DNA of 64,000 bases from Bryobacterales bacterium (GTDB taxonomy: Bacteria; Acidobacteriota; Terriglobia; Bryobacterales; UBA6623), in assembly GCA_965214915.1 (NCBI GenBank), contig CBDCCP010000001.1, positions 2,130,898 to 2,194,897 of the forward strand, in the 5' to 3' direction. A program made the translations under genes and the position numbers. Of this stretch, positions 45,907-54,304 are shown piece by piece. The notes below the pieces were generated by a model. The model saw only the letters and a list, made by a program, of their open reading frames with translations. It was not told the DNA's origin and did not search any database. The stretch's first letter is position 1. Each line of letters opens with the position of its first letter.

Positions 45907-46926
45907 TCATGCCAAGCCGGTGGCGCTGACGATCAGCACGGCCGCTACAATCAATGCCAACCCTACTTTCATGCGCCGCATCGTCTGCGGCCCCGCTTCT
46001 CGCCATTCGCCTGTGAACAGGCCGGCGATAGTAGACCAGAGTACGAGCGCAACAACATAGACTGCGTAGCCTATCGACGTGCCGTACGCGCCCATGGTCG
46101 CCGCGCCCCAGCCGTAGCCAAGAGTGCCGGCCGCCCATAGCACACCCATCGCCAAGGCCATTAGTCCCCCGTGCAGGGGAGCCTGAGAAAATTGAGCGTG
46201 ACTTCCGTTACGAACCAGAAGGAAGGCGGGGTACAGCAGATTTGGAATGGCCGCCGCCCCTAATACCACGACCCAAATTGCGAGGGTCGCGCTTTGCTCC
46301 GATGCTCCGTGGGCCACTGCCTGTGCAGAGATCTTTCCGCTAAAGGCGAACCCAAGGTTGATCATCGGGGCTGTAGCGCCGGTGAACAGACACAAAGCCA
46401 AGCCTTTTCGATAGTTCGGAGACGCCGCGCCTGCCGGCGTATCGGAACTCGCGCTGTCCCGCTCGCGCGCCGCGCGCACGTAGAACGCCAAACCCGCCGC
46501 CAGTACGGCGCCGCTCGAGATGAGGGCGATACCTCTCAGATCAAGCAGGTCTCCTGGGTGAAATACCATCATCGGTATGAGACTGCCCAGCACTGCACAC
46601 ATCCCAGCCACGATTGCGAAGGCCATGGCCATGCCGACCATCGGCACGGCGATGCCGAACGATGTTTGCGCGAAGCCCCAGAGCAGTCCGAACACGGCGC
46701 CGGGCAAGAGGTCTCCGGCGGGAAGAGAGGCGTAGACATCGGAAAGATGGGGAATCGCCCAAGTCGCTGCGCCAACCGGAAGCGCCAACAAGGCCAGCAG
46801 GGAGAAGACGAACCAAATGTTCTCCCACTCCCAAGCCCGGGCGTACTTCATCGGCAAGGGAAACGAGGCGTTGACGACGCCGCTTGCAAAGATAATGATC
46901 AGGCCCGCCAGAGGATTCGGGTCCAT
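45907..46926 (-). CDS. RhaT-family sugar:proton symporter
   Basis: ARAWEWENIWFVFSL and FGLLWGFAQTSFG blocks resemble E. coli RhaT (KKWSWETMW, FGAMWGIGNINYG). 10 TM helices. GGAGGGAG ribosome-binding site. Confidence 0.8.
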   Translation of the reverse strand: MDPNPLAGLIIIFASGVVNASFPLPMKYARAWEWENIWFVFSLLALLALPVGAATWAIPHLSDVYASLPAGDLLPGAVFGLLWGFAQTSFGIAVPMVGMAMAFAIVAGMCAVLGSLIPMMVFHPGDLLDLRGIALISSGAVLAAGLAFYVRAARERDSASSDTPAGAASPNYRKGLALCLFTGATAPMINLGFAFSGKISAQAVAHGASEQSATLAIWVVVLGAAAIPNLLYPAFLLVRNGSHAQFSQAPLHGGLMALAMGVLWAAGTLGYGWGAATMGAYGTSIGYAVYVVALVLWSTIAGLFTGEWREAGPQTMRRMKVGLALIVAAVLIVSATGLA

Positions 46927-46942
46927 CGATTCTCCCTCCCTG

Positions 46943-47212
46943 CTACTCGGTATCGGGGGTTACTTTTATCCGTCCGATCGGCGTGCCCGGAGCAACCGCT
47001 TTCTCGGGTTGGACAAGGATTTCAGCGAGCGTCCCGTCATAGGGCGATTCGAACTCGAAAGAAGCCTTGTCGATCGCTACAACGCAGATCGCTTCTCCCA
47101 TCTCGACTGTGTCGCCAACAGACTTGTTCCACTCCTCGACCCAGGCGTCCGCGGAGGCGTCGCCCATTTTCGGCATGACGATATCTGCAAGCATTCGATC
47201 GCCTTGTTTCAT
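46943..47212 (-). CDS. free-standing lipoyl-attachment domain protein
   Basis: IVMPKMGDASADAWVEEWNKSVGDTVEMGEAICVVAIDKASFEFESPYDGTL fits the E2 lipoyl-domain pattern (..ETDKA..E..SP..G). Only 89 aa, and its ATGA overlaps the E1 beta stop. Confidence 0.8.
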   Translation of the reverse strand: MKQGDRMLADIVMPKMGDASADAWVEEWNKSVGDTVEMGEAICVVAIDKASFEFESPYDGTLAEILVQPEKAVAPGTPIGRIKVTPDTE

Positions 47213-48240
47213 GTTGTCGCCCGCGTGTGCAGCGTGCGCCGCACAGCGGAAGCGATCTTCTCCTCGCTGGGCAGCACGAATTTCTCCGACTCCGGGGCAA
47301 ACGGGATCGGGGTATCCGCGGCGCTGACTCTCTGAGGCGCCGCGTGTAGCGAGTCGTAACAGCAGTCCACGATGCGGGCGACGACCTCACTGGCCAAGCC
47401 ACAGGTAAGAACGTCTTCGCTGGCGACGACCAGCCGGCCGGTCTTGCGCACCGAACGGGCGATCGTCTCCGTATCCAAGGGCGCCGCCGTCCGCGGGTCA
47501 ATCACTTCGAGGCCGATTCCTTCTTCCGCCATTCGATCGGCAACGCGCAGAGCGAGGTGCAGCATGTACTGGGTTGCCGCCACGGTGACATCTCGACCCT
47601 CCCGCTTGATCTCCGCTACACCGAGAGGAATCGTGTAGTCTTCTTCCGGAGCCGGCCGCAGCGTAGTCAGAGCCCCCGTCGCGCTCTTGGCCTTTCCGCC
47701 TGCCGACGCACTTCCGTAAAGCAACTTGTGTTCGAGAAACAGCACCGGATTGTCGTCGCGGATGGCTGCGGCCAGCAAGCCGCGGGCGTCGTAGGGATCG
47801 CTCGGAAGGACGACCTTGATGCCCGGCGTATGCATGAAGTACGCTTCCACGGACTGACTGTGCTGCGCTGCGCGTCCTGTAGCTCCCTGTGGAGCGCGAA
47901 TGACGATCGGCACACTGGCTTGGCCGCCAAACATCATGCGAAGTTTCGCGGCTTGATTCACCACCTGGTCCATGGCGCAGAAGATGAAATCCGCGAACTG
48001 GAGCTCGGCAACCGGCCGCATCCCCGCAACAGCCGCACCGATGCTGACGCCGACGATCGCAATTTCCGAACATGGGGTGTCGCGAACCCGGGAACGTCCA
48101 AACTCCTCGAGAAGCCCCTTGGTCACTTGGTAGGCCCCGCCGAGAGCGCCAACATCCTCCCCGAGGCAAAATACTGTCGGGTCGCGCCGCATCTCGTCGG
48201 CAAGCGTTCTGTTGAGAGCAACAGCAATGGACTCGTACAT
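47209..48240 (-). CDS. 2-oxoacid dehydrogenase E1 component, beta subunit
   Basis: ATG 48240 (MYESIAVALNRTLADEM), FCLGEDVG..GGAY, TPCSEIAIVG and HSQS blocks. Trimmed from ORF-track start 48393. Confidence 0.9.
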   Translation of the reverse strand: MYESIAVALNRTLADEMRRDPTVFCLGEDVGALGGAYQVTKGLLEEFGRSRVRDTPCSEIAIVGVSIGAAVAGMRPVAELQFADFIFCAMDQVVNQAAKLRMMFGGQASVPIVIRAPQGATGRAAQHSQSVEAYFMHTPGIKVVLPSDPYDARGLLAAAIRDDNPVLFLEHKLLYGSASAGGKAKSATGALTTLRPAPEEDYTIPLGVAEIKREGRDVTVAATQYMLHLALRVADRMAEEGIGLEVIDPRTAAPLDTETIARSVRKTGRLVVASEDVLTCGLASEVVARIVDCCYDSLHAAPQRVSAADTPIPFAPESEKFVLPSEEKIASAVRRTLHTRATT

Positions 48241-48241
48241 C

Positions 48242-49126
48242 CTATTTCCGAACCTCCTGTTCTTCCTTGGCGAACACCAAAGACAGGCAGAGGCCGGGGT
48301 CAGGCTGCGCTGACTCTTCAGCAAATGCAACCGCTGCCCCCACTTCCTTTCGGACGCCCAGCTTGATTGCCTTGAGCTCCGCTTCGCCGGCAAGGCCGGA
48401 CTGCGTCAACCTCGCCGCCCACGAGTTAATCGGATCCCGCTTCTTCCATTCCTTTTCTTCCGGCTTTGGCCTATAGGCGGCCGGGTCGAAGCGGGCATGC
48501 CCCTTATAGCGGTAGGTCTTGCACTCGATCAAGCTCGGCCCGCGGCCCTCGCGCGCTCTTTGCACCGCCTCCCGGCAGGTTTCGTAAACCGCCAGCACGT
48601 CTTGGCCGTCGACAATCTTGCCCGGCAGCCCATAGGCGCCGGCGCGAGTCGCGATGTGCTCGGTAGGGAATGCTTCGCTGAACTTGACGCTGTACCCGTA
48701 GAAGTTGTTCTCGACAACGAACACGACGGGGAGTTTCCACACTGCCGCTAGATTCAGAGATTCATGGAAGCTTCCCTCGTTGGCCGCGGCATCGCCCATG
48801 AAGGCTGCGGCCACCTGGCCCGTTCCGCGCATCTGCGCAGCGAGCGCCGCCCCGGTTGCAATCGGCAATCCGCCGCCGACGATGCCGTTGGCGCCGAGCA
48901 TTCCCACCTGGAAATCCGCGATGTGCATCGAGCCGCCCATGCCGCGGCACAGGCCCGTGTCCTTGGCGAACATCTCAGCCATGGCGCGATTCGGGTCGGC
49001 TCCTTTTGCGAGCGTGTGTCCATGCCCGCGGTGGGTGCTCGTGATGTAGTCGGCGGCGCCCAAGGCGCTGCACGCGCCCACGGCTACGGCTTCCTGCCCG
49101 TTGTACTGGTGCATGGCGCCGGGCAT
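48242..49126 (-). CDS. TPP-dependent 2-oxoacid dehydrogenase E1 alpha subunit, apparently 5'-truncated
   Basis: Family similarity starts abruptly at AMPGAMHQYNGQEAVAVG (first ATG 49126). TPP blocks GHGH, GMGGSMH, GIVGGGLPIATGAA and GDAAANEG are present. The usual ~35-45-aa N-terminal helix region and any ribosome-binding site are missing. Confidence 0.75.
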   Translation of the reverse strand: MPGAMHQYNGQEAVAVGACSALGAADYITSTHRGHGHTLAKGADPNRAMAEMFAKDTGLCRGMGGSMHIADFQVGMLGANGIVGGGLPIATGAALAAQMRGTGQVAAAFMGDAAANEGSFHESLNLAAVWKLPVVFVVENNFYGYSVKFSEAFPTEHIATRAGAYGLPGKIVDGQDVLAVYETCREAVQRAREGRGPSLIECKTYRYKGHARFDPAAYRPKPEEKEWKKRDPINSWAARLTQSGLAGEAELKAIKLGVRKEVGAAVAFAEESAQPDPGLCLSLVFAKEEQEVRK

Positions 49127-49159
49127 TGCGGTGGTCAAGAAAAGGAAATACAGCCGCCG

Positions 49160-50569
49160 TGGGCTCAGAAGTTCGACTTTCAGTCGACGATCCGTCCTGC
49201 TGCGCCCTGTTTTGGGAACTGCCAGCAATCGCAGGTATTTCCGGAAGCGGCGCCCGGGACGGTATATCCGGGCGATCCGGGCGTAGCCCGGGGCCTCGTG
49301 GATACCGACAAGAACAATCTGGCGCCTCGAATCGGCCTGGCGTGGGACGTGTTCGGAAACGGAAGAACCTCGGTACGCGCCGCGTACGGGGTTTTTTACG
49401 CCTATATCGGCTACAATCAATCGGCTGTATCGCACGCGAGCCAGCCTTTCCTGTTGTCGGTCTTCCTTGCGGCTCCGCCTAGCTTCAGCGACCCGTGGAG
49501 CGAGTCGTCCGACCCATTCCCATACTCGCAGGATACGTTCAACTACTCGAACCCGGTTCGTCAGTACGCCATCAGCCCGGACTTTCGCGACGCTTACGTG
49601 CAGCAGTGGAATCTCAATATCCAGCAGCAGCTAGCTGACAGTTGGTTTCTCCAGGTGGCCTATGTTGGCAAGAACGCCCACAAGCTCAACTATCCCCGCG
49701 AGGCGAATATGGCTCTGTGGCAGCCGGGCGCAACGGCCAGGAACGTTCAACAACGCCGCCAGTTTCTCACCGACTTCTACGGTTCGGTGTCGTCGCTTCA
49801 CGCTGACGGAAACTCGAATTACAACGCCCTGCAAATATTGGTCCAAAAGCGGTTTTCTCGCGGCTACACGTTGCAGGGGTCTTATTCGTTCGGCAAGTCC
49901 CTCGATGACCGGTCGCGCTCAGTGCCCGGGCAGACCGGCCCCCAGAATCCCTTCGACCCCCACGCGGGCGAGAGAGCCCGGTCCGATTTTGACCAGAAGC
50001 ACATCTTTTCACTCAATGGGATTTGGGATCTGCCGTTTGGCCGCGGCCAAAAGCTCGGCGGCGGCTGGCATCCGGCGCTGAACGCGGTTGCGGGCGGCTG
50101 GCGGTTGTCGGGAATCGTCCGTCTCCTCAGCGGCGCTCCATTCGGCGTCGTATCGGGCAGAGACTTCGCCCTCGTCGGCGCGGGAAGGAACCTGGGGCCC
50201 CAGCGCCCGGACGTGGTCGGCGAGTGGGAGCTTCCGGGCGGGCGCTCCCGGGGCGAGACGATTGCCCGATACTTCAACACGGACGCTTTCACCCGCAACG
50301 CCGGGCCCGGCAAGGAAGGCCAATTTGGGAACGCGGGGCGCAACATCATCACAGGCCCGGGCGATATTGTGACCACCCTTGCCATTCAGAAGCGCTTTCT
50401 CTTGCCGCAGGAAGGTCACGCCGTCGAGTTCCGCGGTGAGTTTTACGACCTGTTGAACCGTCCGAATTTCGGGAATCCGAATGGGAACCTGAGGTCTCCG
50501 GCTTTTGGAAGAATTACGGGGGCCGGAGGATCGCGCGTGGTCCAACTCGCCCTACGGTACGATTTCTAG
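49160..50569 (+). pseudogene. C-terminal ~450 aa of an Acidobacteria-type TonB-dependent receptor (5' two-thirds missing)
   Basis: PGVARGLVDTDKNNLAPRIGLAWDVFGNGRTSVRAAYGVFY ... RVVQLALRYDF parallels residues ~690-1050 of the intact paralogue at 15535-18687. There is no CarboxypepD_reg domain, plug, signal peptide or credible start. The left edge is approximate. Confidence 0.7.
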
Positions 50570-50596
50570 GCAGGCGGGTCCGAGGAGATATCCGGA

Positions 50597-52168
50597 ATGG
50601 AGGCTTTAAGCGGCAGCCAACGGAATCGACCGGGACTTTTCCGGGCCGCACTGCCGGCGATGCTGGCGGGGGCTTTGTCAGTGTCCCTGGGCGCGCAGGG
50701 AACGCCGTCTCGACCGAACATTCTCTTCATCTTGGCGGACGACCTCGGCTACGGGGACCTCAGTTCCTACGGGGCGACGGCAATCCAGACGCCGAACATC
50801 GATCGTTTAGCCGACGAAGGCGTGCTTTTCACCGACGCCCATAGCTCGTCCTCGGTTTGCACCCCCACTCGATACAGCTTCCTGACAGGGCGCTATTGCT
50901 GGCGGACGTGGCTGACGCGAAGCGCCCTGAGCTCGGATGCGCCGCTGTTAATCGAGGAGAACCGGCCGACGGTGGCTTCTGTGCTGCAATCGGCCGGCTA
51001 CTATACCGCCCATATTGGGAAGTGGCACCTGGGCTTCGGCCGCGAGGACGATTACGCCAAAAACCGCGAAGGTCAGGGCGAGCCGAATTCCTGGCGGAGC
51101 AGGAAAGGCGGCCCCGACTGGAATGGCGAGCTAAAGCCCGGACCGCTGGAAGTCGGCTTCGATTACTACTACGGGATCCCCATTGTCAACAGTTACCCCC
51201 CGTACGTCTTTGTGGAGAACCACCGCGTGGTCGGGCTGGAGCAGGGCGACCCGATCGGCCGAATGGAATCTTCGTACTTGGGCAAGATGCGCGGCGGGAA
51301 AACCGCTCGCTGGAAAGATAACGAGCTGGCGCTGGAGCTCACCGCCAAAACGGTCTCTCAGTTGGAGAAACTCGCGAAACGGGAGCAGCCGTTCTTCCTC
51401 TACTACAGCCCGCACCAGCCGCACAGACCTTTCACCCCGAATGACCGCTTCAAGGGCGCCAGTCGATTCGGCGTATATGGCGACTTCATCCAAGAATTGG
51501 ACTGGTCGGTGGGCGAGGCGCTGGACGCTCTGGATCGTCTCGGGTTGGCCGCAAGCACGCTGGTGATCTTCTCGAGTGACAACGGCGCGCTGGCGAACCC
51601 GACCTCAAGCGCAGCCCTGAGGGGCGCCGCCTACAGGGGAGAAGGCGCGGCGCCGGGAGCGCTCCGGCATCGTACCAACGGCCCCGTTCTGCGCGGCGGC
51701 AAGGGCGATATCTGGGAAGGCGGCCACCGGGTCCCCTTCCTTGCCCGCTGGCCGGGAAAGATCGAGCCCGGCGCGCGCTCGGAGGAAACGATCGGCCTGA
51801 GCGACATGTTGGCTACGTTCGCGGCATTGGCGGGACAGGAGTTGCCGCCCGAAGCCGGACCTGACAGCTTCAATGTGTTGCCCGCTCTGCTCGGACGGAA
51901 GCCGGCAGAGCCGCTTCGTCGTCCCAGGGTCATGCAGAGCGGCGGCAGCGGGATGCTCGCGATTCGCGAAGGGCCGTGGAAGCTGATCGCCGGCCAAGGC
52001 GGCGGCGGGTATCGGGACGAGAAAGCGAAACCAGGGGAGCCCCCACAACTGTACAACTTGGCCCGGGACCTTGGGGAGAAGACGGACGTTTACGCCCGGC
52101 GCCCGGAGATCGCCCAAAGACTGCAGCAGTTGCTGCACAAGATCAAAACGGAAGGACGCAGCCGATGA
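50597..52168 (+). CDS. Cys-type arylsulfatase (paralogue 1)
   Basis: Signal peptide, LADDLGYGDLSSYG, formylglycine motif CTPTR (SSVCTPTRYSFLTGRY) and GKWHLG. Confidence 0.9.
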   Translation: MEALSGSQRNRPGLFRAALPAMLAGALSVSLGAQGTPSRPNILFILADDLGYGDLSSYGATAIQTPNIDRLADEGVLFTDAHSSSSVCTPTRYSFLTGRYCWRTWLTRSALSSDAPLLIEENRPTVASVLQSAGYYTAHIGKWHLGFGREDDYAKNREGQGEPNSWRSRKGGPDWNGELKPGPLEVGFDYYYGIPIVNSYPPYVFVENHRVVGLEQGDPIGRMESSYLGKMRGGKTARWKDNELALELTAKTVSQLEKLAKREQPFFLYYSPHQPHRPFTPNDRFKGASRFGVYGDFIQELDWSVGEALDALDRLGLAASTLVIFSSDNGALANPTSSAALRGAAYRGEGAAPGALRHRTNGPVLRGGKGDIWEGGHRVPFLARWPGKIEPGARSEETIGLSDMLATFAALAGQELPPEAGPDSFNVLPALLGRKPAEPLRRPRVMQSGGSGMLAIREGPWKLIAGQGGGGYRDEKAKPGEPPQLYNLARDLGEKTDVYARRPEIAQRLQQLLHKIKTEGRSR

Positions 52169-52239
52169 TTTATCATCGACCCGCGCTCCGCCGGCCAAGG
52201 CGCCGGCGCAGCGGAAAGCTCGAAAACCAAGGACGACGA

Positions 52240-54210
52240 ATGAATAGCTCAATTGGAATGCGCCTATTGGCGGCGCTTTCATTCCTGTGCGTCATCACCG
52301 GATGTGGAGCGGCGCCGGCGGCAAGGCCGAATATTCTCTGGATTTCACTCGAAGACATCACGCCGATGATGGGCTCTTACGGAGACGAGTATGCCCGCAC
52401 GCCGGTTTTCGACAGCCTCGCCGCGGAAGGCATCCGCTACGACAAGGCTTATGCGGTGTCCCCGGTGTGCTCTCCGTCACGGTCGAGCGTGATCACCGGC
52501 ATGTATCCCAATTCCCTGGGAAGCATGCATCACCGCAGCAATACGCGGCCGCCGGAGTTTTCGCAGATGCTCCCGAACCTTCTGCGCGAAGCCGGCTATT
52601 ACACAAGCAACAACCGCAAGAGGGATTACAACATGGCAGGCGACGACTGGCACGAGAGCGGCGATAAAGCCCATTGGCGCAATCGACCCGATAACGACCA
52701 GCCGTTTTTCGCCGTCTTCAATCTCACGGAGTGCCATTCCAGCATCACGAAGATTCCTGAAGACCGAGTTGTCGAGGAACGATTGCATCGACTCCAACCG
52801 GAGGATTTTCACGACCCGAAAAAGGCTCCGATTCCTCCTTATCACCCCGATGTGCCGGAGTTTCGCAGGGCTTGGGCGCGCTATTACGATGCGGTCACGC
52901 AGGTCGACTATCGCGCAGGCGATCTGCTTGAGCAGCTCAAGGAAGACGGCCTCTGGGAAGATACGATTGTCTTTGTCTGGTCCGATCACGGCGTGGGCAT
53001 GCCGCGCGGCAAGCATACGGCCTGGGAGCAGGGCCTCCACGTGCCGCTGATTGCGCGTTTCCCCAAGAAGTATCGACATCTTGCGCCCGCTGCCCCGGGT
53101 TCGGCGATCGACGGGTTGGTGACGTTGATGGATCTGGGCCCTTCCGCTTTGTCTTTGGCGGGCGTCGATCCGCCCGATTCCATGCATGGCAGGCCGCTGT
53201 TTTCCAAACGCAAAGGCGATGTTGCATATAGGGGCTACGCGTTCGGCATGCGCGACCGGCTCGATACCCGCTCTGAAATGGTCCGCAGCGTTCGCGACCG
53301 ACGGTTTCGTTACCAGCGAAATTTTTACGCGCACCTTCCATTCAAACCATACGAGGACTTCGAGTTTGGCGCGGTCGTCGTTCAAAAATGGGTTGAGCTG
53401 GCCCGCCGGGGGCAACTCACCGGCCCTCAGGAAATGCTCGCCATGCGCTTCAAACCGATCGAAGAGCTCTACGACTCGGAAGGCGACCCGCACATGGTCA
53501 GAAACGTAGCCGCCGATCCCCAATACGAGGACGTTCTCCAACGGATGCGCGGCCGACTCCACGCCTGGATGCTGGAAACGCGTGACCTCGGCCTTCTCGA
53601 CGAGGCGGAAATGCTCGAGCGCGAAAAGGGAAAAGCATCGCTCTGGGCTCTCGGACAGTCGCTGGAGAACTACGAGCGGATTCTCGAGACCGCCAACCTG
53701 CAGCTTGAGGGGCAGGGGGCGATTCCCGAATTGATTGCCCGGACTCAAGATCTCGACTCGGCAGTCCGCTTCTGGGCGGTGCTCGGCCTGGCGGTAGCCT
53801 GCCAATCCGCCGGCCCGGAAACTATTGCGAGCGTGGAGCCGGTTTTGGAGGAGGCCTTGCGCGATGAGTCGGTCAGTGTGCGCATTACCGCGGCCGAGGG
53901 CCTGTTCAACCTGGGGCGTTACGAGGAAGGACTGCCGGTCTTGATCGAGGCATTGAATCATCCCAGCGTCGATGCTCGGATCCGGGCCGGCTGCGTGCTC
54001 GATTCGCAGCCGCCGGAAGCAAACGAAAAACTCCGGCCCGCCGTCGAGCCCCTGCAACAGACTGTGGAAAGGTTCGAACAGCAACTGCGGTTCGGGCCAA
54101 TCAATAACCCATTCAAGCGAGCCCTCAAGGCCATCGGCGGTGAAGAGATTTACTATCGCTGGGGCCCGGGCGCCTCGGGATCGGCCGCGGCCAAGAACGA
54201 CAAGACATGA
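52240..54210 (+). CDS. Cys-type sulfatase fused to C-terminal HEAT/armadillo-like repeats
   Basis: ATG 52240 behind an AAGGA box, lipoprotein-like signal (LCVITGCG), CSPSR motif, and a C-terminal ~190 aa with DSAVRFWAVLGLA, DESVSVRITAAEGL and HPSVDARIRAGCVL repeats. Confidence 0.85.
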   Translation: MNSSIGMRLLAALSFLCVITGCGAAPAARPNILWISLEDITPMMGSYGDEYARTPVFDSLAAEGIRYDKAYAVSPVCSPSRSSVITGMYPNSLGSMHHRSNTRPPEFSQMLPNLLREAGYYTSNNRKRDYNMAGDDWHESGDKAHWRNRPDNDQPFFAVFNLTECHSSITKIPEDRVVEERLHRLQPEDFHDPKKAPIPPYHPDVPEFRRAWARYYDAVTQVDYRAGDLLEQLKEDGLWEDTIVFVWSDHGVGMPRGKHTAWEQGLHVPLIARFPKKYRHLAPAAPGSAIDGLVTLMDLGPSALSLAGVDPPDSMHGRPLFSKRKGDVAYRGYAFGMRDRLDTRSEMVRSVRDRRFRYQRNFYAHLPFKPYEDFEFGAVVVQKWVELARRGQLTGPQEMLAMRFKPIEELYDSEGDPHMVRNVAADPQYEDVLQRMRGRLHAWMLETRDLGLLDEAEMLEREKGKASLWALGQSLENYERILETANLQLEGQGAIPELIARTQDLDSAVRFWAVLGLAVACQSAGPETIASVEPVLEEALRDESVSVRITAAEGLFNLGRYEEGLPVLIEALNHPSVDARIRAGCVLDSQPPEANEKLRPAVEPLQQTVERFEQQLRFGPINNPFKRALKAIGGEEIYYRWGPGASGSAAAKNDKT

Positions 54211-54304
54211 ATACGACACTCCGCTATGGATTCCTTCAATAGGCAGCGCGACGAACCGAAAATGCCGGCCGGCGGAGGCGACGAAGCCGGCACAGGGGCG
54301 ACCT

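Noticed and set aside
48764-49159. Upstream part of the 601-aa plus-strand ORF that would give the receptor fragment an ATG start
   Set aside because: This portion is antisense to well-conserved E1 alpha coding sequence and shows no receptor-like or signal-peptide features. The ATG is fortuitous.
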